NCBI GenBank assembly: GCA_023512375.1
Contig: JAILZS010000004.1
Coordinates: 18,036 to 82,035, forward strand
DNA: 64,000 bases
Reading direction: 5' to 3'
Source: Bacillota bacterium
GTDB lineage: Bacteria > Bacillota > Sulfobacillia > JAJZYS01 > JAILZS01
The notes beneath the pieces were generated by a model. It worked only from the letters and a program-made list of their open reading frames with translations. It did not search any database and had not been told where the DNA came from. Every line of letters begins with the position of its first letter. Position 1 is the first letter of the stretch. Below, piece by piece: positions 8,701 through 17,440 of this stretch. The position numbers were made by a program, and so were the translations under genes.

Positions 8701-9540
8701 CTGCACAGAGCGAGCGAAATTCCCGCCGCCGAAGGGCTAGCCACCCACCTGGACCACGACTGGCTCATGCGCATGCTGGAGCTCAAGGTCGGCGACCCGT
8801 GGATCCTCCGTCTCGTGCGCAAGTGGCTCAAGGCGGGGATCTTCGAGAACGGCACCGTGACGCACCCGGAGGAGGGAACGCCGCAAGGCGGTCCTCTCTC
8901 GCCCGTCCTCGCCAACGTGTAGCTGCACTACGTCCTCGACCTGTGGTTCGGCAAGGTGATCCGGCTCGGGCTGCGTGGAACCGCAGAGACGGTGCGTTAC
9001 GCAGACGACTTTCTCGTCCTCTTCGAGGACGCGAAAGATGCGGAGCGCTTCGCTCAAACCCTACCGGAGAGGTTGGCCAAGTTCGGGTTGGAGGTGGCCC
9101 CGGAAAAGACGGGCCTGATCCCGTTCGGCCGCAAGTTGTGGCGGCAGGGGAAGGGCGCGGCCCGGACCTTCGACTTCTTGGGCTTGAGCCACCACCTGGC
9201 GACACCCGCACCTGGCCCCACGCGAGCAGCAGAAGGTTCTGTCTGCGAAACTGCGTGGCTACTACCGGTACTTCGGCCTCTGGTTCTGCACGCCTAAGCT
9301 CAAGATGGTCGACGGCCAGGCGACTTGGCATTGGACTCGGAGCTGGCGGCAGCGCAGCCAGCGAGCGAAAGGCGCATGGGAGAGTGGGTTCGCAGCCGCG
9401 CGTGGTTCACGCTGCCAGTACCGAGAGTGGTCCACCGTGACGTGGAACGGGCGAGAAACCGGGCAGCCCGGTGCGGGAAATCTGCACGCCGGGTTCTGCG
9501 GGGGGCGGCGGCGCAAGGCGGTCACGCCGGTTCCCCGAGG
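8701..9540 (+). pseudogene. Group II intron-type reverse transcriptase/maturase, degraded
   Basis: The frame open from 8701 reads ..HLDHDWLMRMLELKVGDPWILRLVRKWLKAGIFENG..GTPQGGPLSPVLANV*LHYVLDLWF..VRYADDFLVLF..FGLEVAPEKTGLIPFG..FDFLGLSH. There is an in-frame TAG at 8920-8922 and the N-terminal RT motifs are missing. The thumb/X and C-terminal parts are readable only after frameshifts (KLRGYYRYFGLWF 9248-9304; WFTLPVPRVVH 9403-9435; GAGNLHAGFCGG 9470-9505). Confidence 0.8.
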
Positions 9541-9574
9541 ACACTCGAGCGAAAGCCCGATCCCCTGGGAACGG

Positions 9575-9861
9575 TGCTATCGCTACCGCCGTCGAGGCCG
9601 CCGTCTACCTAGCAGGCAAGCCGGTACGGGCCCCGGGTGACCGTGGCCAAGCGCTTCTACCCATCTTCGAAGACCTGTTGCGGGTGCGGGGTCGTAAGGG
9701 AGAGCCTTGCCTTGTGTGAGCCCGCGTTGGGCTGTGCAGCGTGCGGTGTTGTGAGGGACCGCGACCGGAACGCGGGGAGCAGCCTGGGTGATCTGGGCGA
9801 TCAGGGGAGGTTGCCCGGTCGCCCCAGATTCCGGGGAGACGCAAGACGCTCGTGGAGGTGA
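9575..9861 (+). pseudogene. TnpB (IS200/IS605-family OrfB) C-terminal stub
   Basis: ORF 9637..9861 reads VAKRFYPSSKTCCGCGVVRESLALCEPALGCAACGVVRDRDRNAGSSLGDLG, a CxxC..CxxC zinc ribbon plus the RuvC-III DRDxNA motif. The ~300 N-terminal residues are absent, and there is a frameshift around 9630. Confidence 0.7.
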
Positions 9862-10001
9862 CGTACGACGCCCTCGGGGGGCGGACAGCGGCGAAGCGAG
9901 AAGGGGCCGCGCAAGAGGCTTCGGCGCTTTGCGGAACGGCAAGGGTAGGGACAGGAACCGCCACGCACCTGCCGAATCCGCAACCGGGGCGGTGGCGCTA
10001 C

Positions 10002-10805
10002 GTGGGGCGAATCTTGGCGGTGGCCAACCAGAAGGGCGGCGTGGGGAAGACGACGACCGTCGTCAACCTTGCCGCCTGCCTGGCCGAGGCGGGGCGGCGC
10101 GTTCTGGTGGTCGACGCCGACCCGCAGGCGAACGCCACATCCGGGTTGGGCCTGCGGGGTCGGGGCGGGGGCACGGACCGGCTGCTGTGGGGAGAGGGCG
10201 ACGTGGCGTCGGAGGCCGTGGCGACGGCCGTGCCCGGCCTCGACCTGGTGCCTGCCTCCGAGGGCTTGGCGGGGGCGGACATCACGCTGGCCGAACTGGC
10301 CGACCGCGAGCGGCGCCTGCGTCGAGCCCTGGTGCCGGCGCGCGACGCGTACGACTACCTGCTGGTCGACTGCCCGCCGTCGCTCGGATTGCTCACGGTG
10401 AACGCACTGGCGGCGGCCGATGGCGTGTTGGTGCCGATCCAGTGTGAGTACTACGCCCTTGAGGGCCTGGCCCAGCTCATGGCGACGCTCGAACGGGTGC
10501 GGCGTGGCCTGAACCCCGGACTGGCGATCGAGGGTGTGGTGCTGACGATGTTCGACGCTCGCACAAACCTGTCGGCGCAGGTGGTGGACGAGGTGAAGCG
10601 CCACTTCCGCCACCGGGTCTACGGGGTGCTCATCCCGCGCCTCGTGCGCCTGTCGGAGGCGCCGAGCCACGGCATGCCGATCTCCTTGTACGACCCGCGA
10701 TCGCGGGCGGCGGAGGTGTACCGCCAATTGGCGGAGGAGGTGATGGCGCGTGCCGAGGGCACGGGGTCTGGGTCGGGGGTTGTCCGCGCTCATTCCGGAA
10801 GCTGA
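10002..10805 (+). CDS. parA: Chromosome partitioning ATPase ParA/Soj
   Basis: VGRILAVANQKGGVGKTTTVVNLAACLAEAGRRVLVVDADPQANAT (deviant Walker A). I trimmed to GTG 10002, because the longer ORF from 9852 reads through the TnpB remnant. Confidence 0.9.
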   Translation: MGRILAVANQKGGVGKTTTVVNLAACLAEAGRRVLVVDADPQANATSGLGLRGRGGGTDRLLWGEGDVASEAVATAVPGLDLVPASEGLAGADITLAELADRERRLRRALVPARDAYDYLLVDCPPSLGLLTVNALAAADGVLVPIQCEYYALEGLAQLMATLERVRRGLNPGLAIEGVVLTMFDARTNLSAQVVDEVKRHFRHRVYGVLIPRLVRLSEAPSHGMPISLYDPRSRAAEVYRQLAEEVMARAEGTGSGSGVVRAHSGS

Positions 10806-11682
10806 GCCGGGTCCGGACGACCGGGTCGTGGCGCTACCTCTGGGGGCCATCCGTCCCAACCCGTTTCAGCCGCGGCAGCGGTTCGATGCCGAGGGCCTGC
10901 AGGAGCTGGCCGCCTCGGTGCGGGAGCACGGCGTCCTCCAACCCATCGTCGTGCGCCCGGCGGCGGGTGGATACGAGATCGTAGCGGGGGAACGGCGCTG
11001 GCGCGCGGCGGCAATGGCCGGACGGTCGGACATCCCGGCGGTCGTACGCGAGGTGCCGGAGGAGCGGATGTTGGAGATCGCCCTGGTGGAGAACCTGCAG
11101 CGCGAGAACCTCGGCGTGTGGGAGGAGGCGAGCGCGCTGCGCGCCCTCATGCGGGCGCACGGCTGGACCCAGGACGAAGTGGCCGAGCGGGTGGGCAAGA
11201 GCCGCTCCCATGTGGCCAACATCCTTCGCGTCCTCGCCCTTCCAGAGGGGGCACGGCGACTGGTGGAGGACGGACGGCTGACCCTGGCACACGTGAAGGC
11301 CGTCCTTGAGGCGGGGCCGGAACACGTGGAGGCCTTGGCGGCCGAGGCTGCCGCCAAGGGCTGGAGCGTGCGCGAGGTGGAGGCGCGCGCGCGTGCGCTC
11401 CGGGTTGCGGACGGCTCGCGGCCCGCCCGGCGGCGGGCGGGCGGGGGATGGCCAGCCGGGCTGGAGGCCGCCGCGACGGCGCTGGGAGAACGGCTTGGCC
11501 GTCCGGTGCGCTGGCACGCCGCGCCCAAAGGAGGAGAGATCCGATTGGTGTGCGACGACGACGCGGAGGCGGCTCGGCTCCTCCGAGCCCTCGACCGCGG
11601 CCTTGCGTTCCTCGAGGAACACGAAGGCGGCTGGGGTGAGGATGTTCCTCGAGGAACATCGGGCGGGGGAGGGACGCCTTGA
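10750..11682 (+). CDS. parB: Chromosome partitioning protein ParB/Spo0J
   Basis: [77 protein letters not shown]. Overlaps the parA 3' end by 56 nt. Confidence 0.9.
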   Translation: MPRARGLGRGLSALIPEAEPGPDDRVVALPLGAIRPNPFQPRQRFDAEGLQELAASVREHGVLQPIVVRPAAGGYEIVAGERRWRAAAMAGRSDIPAVVREVPEERMLEIALVENLQRENLGVWEEASALRALMRAHGWTQDEVAERVGKSRSHVANILRVLALPEGARRLVEDGRLTLAHVKAVLEAGPEHVEALAAEAAAKGWSVREVEARARALRVADGSRPARRRAGGGWPAGLEAAATALGERLGRPVRWHAAPKGGEIRLVCDDDAEAARLLRALDRGLAFLEEHEGGWGEDVPRGTSGGGGTP

Positions 11683-12128
11683 CGCTCCGCCTGCCCTTCT
11701 CGGGACCGACCTTCCTTGCGCTGGCGCTGGCCCTGTTCGCCCTCGCCCTGGCGTCCTTGGTAGTGGCCCTTGTCGCCCTCCGGCGCACCCGGCTTACGGA
11801 GACCGCCCCAGCGACGCCCGACAGCGCCGTAGCCGAGCTCAGCCGCCGGCTGCAGATCCTGGAGCGGGACCAGGGGAACGCCCTTCAGCGGGTGGGCCTC
11901 GTGCGCTACGACGCCTTTCCCGGCGCCGGGGGTCAGTTCTCGTTCTCCGTCGCCCTCCTGGACGGGACCGCCACGGGCGTGATCCTCACCGCCATCTCCG
12001 GACGCGAGGAGACGCGGATGTACGCCAAGTGGGTCGAGCGCGGCGCCAGCCGCCAGCCCCTCTCTCCCGAGGAGGGCGAGGCGCTGGCCCGGGCCCAGGC
12101 TGCCATCCGGCAACGCCGGGAGGGATAA
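11679..12128 (+). CDS. DUF4446 family protein
   Basis: 149 aa with an N-terminal TM helix, then ..[49 protein letters not shown]... This is the usual gene after spo0J in Firmicutes. TTGA overlap with the parB stop. Confidence 0.75.
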   Translation: MTLRLPFSGPTFLALALALFALALASLVVALVALRRTRLTETAPATPDSAVAELSRRLQILERDQGNALQRVGLVRYDAFPGAGGQFSFSVALLDGTATGVILTAISGREETRMYAKWVERGASRQPLSPEEGEALARAQAAIRQRREG

Positions 12129-12129
12129 C

Positions 12130-13038
12130 GTGGACGCCCTCTTCATCGTCAACCCAGCCGCCGGTGGTGGCCGGGGCCGCGAGCGCTTCGAGCGCGTACG
12201 GCACCTGGCAGCGGCGCCGGGGAAGGTCGTGCGCATCGAATACACCGAGCGACCCGGCCATGCGGGCGAGATCGCCCGCCGGGCAGCCGCCGAGGGCTGG
12301 CGCACGGTCGTGGCCGTCGGCGGCGACGGCACCGCGTCCGACGTAGCCGACGCCCTTGCCCACACCGACACGTCCCTGGGCATCGTGCCCACGGGTACAG
12401 GGTGCGATTTCGTGCGCAGCGTGGGTATCCCGGCCGAGATGGAACGTGCGATGGCCGGCATCTGGTCGTACCCCCCGCGCGCTTGCGACCTGGGGCGGAT
12501 CGGCGAGCGCCGGTTCCTCAATGCCGCCGGCTTCGGCTTCGACGCGGCGGTGGCGGAGGAGGCCAACCGCATCAAGCACGCCACGCGCGCTGGGGGCACG
12601 TGGCCCTTCCTGGTGGCGGTGGGGCGGGTGCTGCGCACCTACCGCCCGGTGTGGGTGCGGGCGCGCGTCGACGACGCACCCGAAGAGCGCATGCAGGTCC
12701 TCCTCGTGACCTTCGCCAACGGTCGCGCCTACGCCGGGGGGATGCGCATCTCCCCCGCCTCCGACGTGGCCGACGGCCGCCTCGAGATGGTCACCGTGCG
12801 CGCCCTGCGCCCCACCCAGGTGGTGCTCCTCCTGCCCAGCGTCTTCCTCGGCCTCCACACCCACCACCCGGCGGTGTCCATCCGGTCGTTCGAACGCCTT
12901 CGGTTGGTGGCCGACGAGCCGGTGGCGGTGCACTGCGACGGCGAGGAGTTTCCCCCCCTCGCCCCCGGCTCGGCTCTCGACCTGGCGGTCGAACCGCGCG
13001 CCCTCCGCCTCCTTGCGCCCGCGTCACCGCCTGCATGA
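12130..13038 (+). CDS. Diacylglycerol kinase family lipid kinase (YegS/BmrU-like)
   Basis: [45 protein letters not shown].. are DAGK catalytic-domain motifs. Confidence 0.85.
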   Translation: MDALFIVNPAAGGGRGRERFERVRHLAAAPGKVVRIEYTERPGHAGEIARRAAAEGWRTVVAVGGDGTASDVADALAHTDTSLGIVPTGTGCDFVRSVGIPAEMERAMAGIWSYPPRACDLGRIGERRFLNAAGFGFDAAVAEEANRIKHATRAGGTWPFLVAVGRVLRTYRPVWVRARVDDAPEERMQVLLVTFANGRAYAGGMRISPASDVADGRLEMVTVRALRPTQVVLLLPSVFLGLHTHHPAVSIRSFERLRLVADEPVAVHCDGEEFPPLAPGSALDLAVEPRALRLLAPASPPA

Positions 13039-13078
13039 CCTGCCGGCGCGCGTGCGACATTAGCGCAGGGGTGGTGCG

Positions 13079-13357
13079 ATGGCCACGCGCATCGGCGTGG
13101 ACCGGGACCTGGGACCGTTCGCCGCCGAGCTCAGGCGGCGCGGCTACGACGTGGTGGGCGCGGAGGGGCCGGACCTTGCAGCCCAGGTAGTGAGCGGACA
13201 GCGGGCCGGCATGTTCGGGACACGCACCACGCGCCCTCCCTGGCCCGTGCTGGACGCGGACGGCAAGACGCCCGCCGAGGTGGCGGCGGAACTGGAGGAC
13301 GTCCTACGCGCCCGCGCCGTCGCCCGCGAGGGGCAGGCCGATTCCCACGCCCGATAG
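13079..13357 (+). CDS. YkuS/UPF0180 family protein
   Basis: 92 aa, MATRIGVDRDLGPFAAELRRRGYDVV..AQVVSGQRAGMFG..VLDADGKTPAEVAAELEDVL resembles the YkuS pattern. Confidence 0.65.
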   Translation: MATRIGVDRDLGPFAAELRRRGYDVVGAEGPDLAAQVVSGQRAGMFGTRTTRPPWPVLDADGKTPAEVAAELEDVLRARAVAREGQADSHAR

Positions 13358-13963
13358 GGGCGTCAGGGCGGCGGGCACCGGTCTGCCGAGCGCGGCCAGG
13401 ACGGCGCCGGTCATGCGCCGGGCCATGGCTACGACCAAACTGAGTCGGGTGTTTTGGAGGACGAAGTACTCCATGAACCCGCTCACGTTCACCGTTCCCG
13501 TGAGGAAGACGTCGCCCACGGGGGGTAGGTCCTTGTTCACCCCGGCTCCAGGCCGCAGGGGCCCGAGACCGGCGGTGAGGGTGCCGACCGACTCCTGCCT
13601 TCCCAGGCAGGCGTCCACGGCGATGACCGCCCCGCGCGGTCGCCGCTGGCGCAACTCTGCCCACACGCGCCGAAGGTTGGACGCGTGCACGGGCAGGGAG
13701 AGGTCGCCCGCCACCTGGTCGCGGGGCAGGCCGTGCTCCAACAGGAGGCTGCCCACGAGCGGCCCGAGGGCGTCGCCGGTGGAGCGGTCGCTGCCGATGC
13801 ACAGCACCACCGGCGCCCCCCGCCACCCCTCGGCCAGGCGCTCGAGCTCCTGGCGGAGGAAATGCCCCAGGCGCTCCGCCGCGTCGCGGTCGTCCAGCCG
13901 CGCTCGCGCCTCCCGCTGCGCCGCCCCCCTGGGCATGTGGGCGCCCCAACCCTCCACGCGCAT
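13304..13963 (-). CDS. yyaC: Spore protease YyaC family protein
   Basis: ..APVVLCIGSDRSTGDALGPLVGSLL..AVIAVDACLGRQESVGTLT..PLRPGAGVNKDLPPVGDVFLTGTVNVSGFMEYFVLQNTRLSLV. I trimmed the start to the Met at 13963, which is preceded by GGGAGGAGAGG. Confidence 0.8.
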   Translation of the reverse strand: MRVEGWGAHMPRGAAQREARARLDDRDAAERLGHFLRQELERLAEGWRGAPVVLCIGSDRSTGDALGPLVGSLLLEHGLPRDQVAGDLSLPVHASNLRRVWAELRQRRPRGAVIAVDACLGRQESVGTLTAGLGPLRPGAGVNKDLPPVGDVFLTGTVNVSGFMEYFVLQNTRLSLVVAMARRMTGAVLAALGRPVPAALTPLSGVGIGLPLAGDGAGA

Positions 13964-14063
13964 CCTCTCCTCCCGCGCCCGGCCCTGCGAGTATATTGGC
14001 GGTCCGCACGCGCTATGCGGTGACGCCGCCAGGGCCCGCATACCCCTGGGTGGGGGTGGCGGG

Positions 14064-15110
14064 GTGCGGCTGGGTCCGGTGCTCGCGGTGGCGGCGGTAG
14101 AGGTGGGTGCGCTCGTCGGAGCCGGCTTCGCCTCCGGACGCGAGGTGCTCGAATACTTCGGCCCCCCTCTTGGCGGCGGATGGGCGGGCATCGTCGCCTT
14201 CGCCGCCTTGCTCGCCCTCCTCGGGGGGGTGGTGCTCGACGCGGCACGGCGACTGGGCTCCCGCTCCTACCGGGACCTCACCCTCGCGCTTGCCGGCCCT
14301 GGCCTGTCGCGCGCCGCGGATCCCGTCGTGGCCCTGGGTCTGTTCCTCGGCCTCGCCACCACGCTGGCGGGCGCAGGCGCGCTGTCCGCGCAGGCCCGGC
14401 TCGCCCCGGAGGGAGTAGGCCTGGCGGCCGCCGCCGTCGTCACCGCGGCCCTAGCGCGGAGCGGCGTGGCCGGCCTGGTGGCGGTGAACGCCCTGGTCGT
14501 ACCGGCACTCGTGGCCGTCGTCGCCCTCGTGGCCGGGCTGCCGCAGCCGCCGGCCGGGGCGGGCTGGCCGCAGGCCGTGAGGGCCCTAGCAGGGGGGGGC
14601 GGGGAGCGCGCCGTCCTGTATGTCCTGTACAACGGCCTTCTGGCCATCGTCCTGTTCGCCTCGTTGGGGTCCCGCATCGGCCGGCGCGAGGAGGGATGGG
14701 CGGCCGCCGCGGTGGGCGCAGGGCTCCTCGGCCTCATGGCCCTCGCCATCCTCCAGACGTTGGAGCGTCACCCCGCCAGCCAGTCGGCCGCGATGCCCCT
14801 CCTGCATGTGGCGCGCTCCAGAGGGGGTGCCCTCGGGGCCGCCTTCACCTGGATCCTGGCGGGCGAGCTGCTCACCACGGCGGTGGGCAACGCGTACGGC
14901 CTGGCAGCTCGCTTGACGGCTGCCGGCGTGGCGCCCGCCGCGGCTGCGGCGGCACCCGTCGCCGGCGCGGCGGCGCTGGCGTCGGCAGGGTTCGTCCCCC
15001 TCGTGCGGTACGGCTACCGGGCCGTTGCCTTCGCTGGCGCGGGCTACCTCCTGTTGCTGGCCGTGGGTGCCGTGTTGCGCGGCGGCAGGGGCGGCGGGCA
15101 CGTCTGGTGA
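14064..15110 (+). CDS. YkvI-family membrane protein
   Basis: The second half of ORF 13413..15110 reads ..AVAAVEVGALVGAGFASGREVLEYFG.. followed by multiple hydrophobic segments. The first half is antisense to yyaC. GTG 14064 is a tentative start. Confidence 0.65.
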   Translation: MRLGPVLAVAAVEVGALVGAGFASGREVLEYFGPPLGGGWAGIVAFAALLALLGGVVLDAARRLGSRSYRDLTLALAGPGLSRAADPVVALGLFLGLATTLAGAGALSAQARLAPEGVGLAAAAVVTAALARSGVAGLVAVNALVVPALVAVVALVAGLPQPPAGAGWPQAVRALAGGGGERAVLYVLYNGLLAIVLFASLGSRIGRREEGWAAAAVGAGLLGLMALAILQTLERHPASQSAAMPLLHVARSRGGALGAAFTWILAGELLTTAVGNAYGLAARLTAAGVAPAAAAAAPVAGAAALASAGFVPLVRYGYRAVAFAGAGYLLLLAVGAVLRGGRGGGHVW

Positions 15111-15171
15111 ACCTAGCGCCGCAGCGTGAAGCCCCGCGGGGCCGCGGGGCGCGAGGGCGGCGTTCGGGGGA

Positions 15172-15753
15172 ATGCCGGTGAGCGACGACAACCGGGCCGA
15201 GCTGGAGGATTACCTGGGGCGGGGCCTGCGCCTGGAGGACCAGGGCGCCTTCGAGGAGGCGCTGGCTCTGTACGCGCAGGCACGGGAGCGCTTCCCTCAG
15301 GATCCCCGGCCGCCGCACCGTATGGGGGTCATGTGCATCCGCCTCGGCCGGCGCGAAGAGGCGCGCGCCCTCTTCGAGGCCGCCCTGGCCCAGGCGCGCG
15401 AATACGCGCCCGCGCTTACGAATCTCGGGAACATGGCCCTTGAGGCCGGCGACGTCGAGCAGGCCGTGCAGCTGTATCGCCGCGCCATCGTCTCGTCGCC
15501 CGACTACCCGGGGGCGCACCACAACCTGGCCGTGGCCCTCCGGCGTCTAGGCCGCTTGGCCGAAGCCGTGTCCGAGCAGCGCACGGCGGCGCGCCTGGAA
15601 CGAACGTACGGGCGGGAGATGGACCGTTTGCGCCTGCGCGCCGCCCGGCGCGCGCGGGGTGGGGGGGGGCCCGGCTGCCTGGGTGGAGGTGCTGCGGCCG
15701 CGCTGGTCCTCACGGCCGGTGCCGTCGCGCTCGCCCGCCTCCACCTCGGCTGA
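15172..15753 (+). CDS. TPR-repeat protein with C-terminal membrane anchor
   Basis: Repeated A-x-x-x-Y/F..A..P helical pairs (..EEALALYAQARERFPQDP..; ..AVQLYRRAIVSSPDYPGAHHNLAVAL..). The C-terminal hydrophobic stretch is AAAALVLTAGAVALA. Confidence 0.7.
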   Translation: MPVSDDNRAELEDYLGRGLRLEDQGAFEEALALYAQARERFPQDPRPPHRMGVMCIRLGRREEARALFEAALAQAREYAPALTNLGNMALEAGDVEQAVQLYRRAIVSSPDYPGAHHNLAVALRRLGRLAEAVSEQRTAARLERTYGREMDRLRLRAARRARGGGGPGCLGGGAAAALVLTAGAVALARLHLG

Positions 15754-15771
15754 GTGGAAGGAGGGAAGGCG

Positions 15772-16350
15772 GTGACCTGGGTCGACTGGGTGATCGTGGC
15801 GTTCCTGGCCCTGGGAGCATGGGAGGGGCTGCGGCGCGGCCTGTTCGCCGGCGCCCTGGCCATCGCCTCCTATGCCGTGGCATGGCTGGCCGCCGCCCGC
15901 CTCAGCGTTCCGCTCGGCACCTTCCTGGACCATCGCTTCGGCATCGTCGCCCGGCTACAGTCGTCTGTGGCCGCCGCCGCCCCCGGCGTCGGCTCGCTCG
16001 TGGTGCGGCCTGTGGCGCCCGTGCTGACGCGCGTGGTGGACGACATCGCCTACGTCCTCGTGCTCCTCGGCGTGCTCGCAGCCGCCTCCGTGGCCGTGCG
16101 CGTCGTCTCGCGCCTGCCCCTCGGCCTCCTTGCCGGGCCCAACCGTTTGGGAGGCCTTCTCCTGGGTGCGGCCCGTAACGCCGTCATCATTCTCATCGTC
16201 TGGGCGGTGTTGGCACCGTACGCGGTGACCGCGGGGCCGCCCATCTCCTCGGCCGTGGACCGTTCCCGCCTTCTGGCCGTCGCCGCCAGCCTGACCGCCC
16301 GCCTGCCGGCGGTGGGGGGACTTCTTCCCGTAGGGAGCGCCGTGCGTTGA
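15772..16350 (+). CDS. cvpA: CvpA family membrane protein
   Basis: VTWVDWVIVAFLALGAWEGLRRGLFAGALAIASY.. is the CvpA N-terminal pattern, with about 4 TM segments. GTG 15772 is preceded by GGAAGGAGGGAAGG. Confidence 0.7.
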   Translation: MTWVDWVIVAFLALGAWEGLRRGLFAGALAIASYAVAWLAAARLSVPLGTFLDHRFGIVARLQSSVAAAAPGVGSLVVRPVAPVLTRVVDDIAYVLVLLGVLAAASVAVRVVSRLPLGLLAGPNRLGGLLLGAARNAVIILIVWAVLAPYAVTAGPPISSAVDRSRLLAVAASLTARLPAVGGLLPVGSAVR

Positions 16351-16589
16351 GTCGCCCGCCGGGGCCGCCCGCCATCCCGCGCTTCGACGTGGGAGACGTA
16401 GTGGAGACGCGCAAGAAGCACCCCTGCGGTTCGGCGACGTGGGAGATCTACCGCACCGGGATGGACATCGGCATCCGCTGCACCGGGTGCGGGCGCCGCG
16501 TGATGATGCCCCGCCCCAAGTTCGAACGGCGTGTGCGGCGTGTCGTCCGCCGCGCGCAGGAACCCGGGCCCGAAGGCGATCGGGGCTGA
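16347..16589 (+). CDS. DUF951 family protein
   Basis: ..FDVGDVVETRKKHPCGSATWEIYRTGMDIGIRCTGCGRRVMMPRPKFERRV is the DUF951 signature. TTGA overlap with the cvpA stop. Confidence 0.8.
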   Translation: MSRPPGPPAIPRFDVGDVVETRKKHPCGSATWEIYRTGMDIGIRCTGCGRRVMMPRPKFERRVRRVVRRAQEPGPEGDRG

Positions 16590-16995
16590 GGGGCCACGGC
16601 GCATCGCCCCTCCGGCCCCCGGCGCGAACCGCGGCCGCTCCCCAGCCTCGCGGCGGGGCGGCGTCGTGCGGCCTGCGACTTACAACACGGCCGGCCGTTG
16701 TTCGCCATGGCGGCTTCGCAGCATACGCCTTCCACGGTAGACGCAAACATGAGTTCGGTGTAGACTGGTAGGGTGTACCAACACCGGCCGTCTCGACCCG
16801 CACCTACGCGGTCCGTTTGGCACTGCCGCCCGTGCCGCCCCGGGCCCGGCACGGGCGCTCGGTGGGGTCCGGGCGTTCCGACCCGGAAGTCGGTTGTGCC
16901 AGCGGGCGACGGTATGGTACCCTGACGGATGCTCCCCGCTCCGCGACACGGGGCCCCCGCTGCGGCGGGGTCCATGGGGAGGAGGTGGACATGGC

Positions 16996-17391
16996 ATGAA
17001 AAACCCGCACATGTACGAAGCCGCGGTCATCTTCCGTCCCACGCTGGACGAGCAGCAGGTGACCGCGGCGGTTGAGCGTTTGTCGCAGGTGATCCGCGAT
17101 GGCGGCGGCACGCCGGGGGAACCGGACCGTTGGGGCCGCCGCCACCTTGCGTACGAGATCGACGGCGTGCGTGACGGCATTTACGTCATCCTGCCGTTCG
17201 AGGCGCCGCCGAAGGTGCCGGGCGAGGTGGAGCGGATCCTGCGCATCTCGGAGGACGTCCTGCGTTTCCTGGTCGTCCATCCGCCCGCGCCCAGCCCGGC
17301 CCGGCGCGCGGCGGCGGAGGGTCCGGGCGAGCCGGCCGCGGCCGCACCCGCGCCCGGCGCCGGCCCGGGCCAAGCCCAGGACGCCCCCTGA
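16996..17391 (+). CDS. rpsF: 30S ribosomal protein S6
   Basis: MKNPHMYEAAVIFRPTLDEQQVTAAVERLSQVI..RWGRRHLAYEIDGVRDGIYVILPFEA. GGGGAGGAGGTG lies upstream of ATG 16996. Confidence 0.9.
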   Translation: MKNPHMYEAAVIFRPTLDEQQVTAAVERLSQVIRDGGGTPGEPDRWGRRHLAYEIDGVRDGIYVILPFEAPPKVPGEVERILRISEDVLRFLVVHPPAPSPARRAAAEGPGEPAAAAPAPGAGPGQAQDAP

Positions 17392-17440
17392 CGGATGGGT
17401 GAAGTCGGACGCTAGAAGGGCTCGAAGGGGAGAGACGGCG

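Noticed and set aside
9540-9640. Possible group II intron domain V near 9527-9600 (CCGGTTCCCC..GAGCGAAAGC..CCCCTGGGAACGG)
   Set aside because: It contains a GAAA loop and a long-range bulged helix. However, it lacks the conserved domain V architecture (catalytic AGC triad, 2-nt bulge, 34-nt size), so it cannot be called without a covariance model.
9852-10001. Long form of parA starting at 9852
   Set aside because: The extra 50 residues are read from the TnpB remnant and its flank. The conserved ParA N-terminus starts at the GTG at 10002.
11283-11298. parS-like sequence TGGCACACGTGAAGGC inside parB
   Set aside because: Only 10 of 16 positions match TGTTCCACGTGAAACA, and it lacks the palindromic arms. 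A second partial half-site within 9427-9446 (complement CCGTTCCACGTCACGGTGGA) lies inside the RT pseudogene. I found no convincing parS by eye.
10866-12638. 590-aa minus-strand ORF across parB, DUF4446 and the lipid kinase gene
   Set aside because: It is antisense to three well-supported genes and its composition is dominated by R, P, A and S. The same reasoning applies to 20000-22087 (antisense to dnaB), 7744-8706, 25737-26711, 38276-39598, 45470-46561 and similar entries.
13413-14063. First 217 codons of the 565-aa ORF 13413-15110
   Set aside because: This part is antisense to yyaC and not protein-like. The YkvI-type sequence starts only at about 14064.
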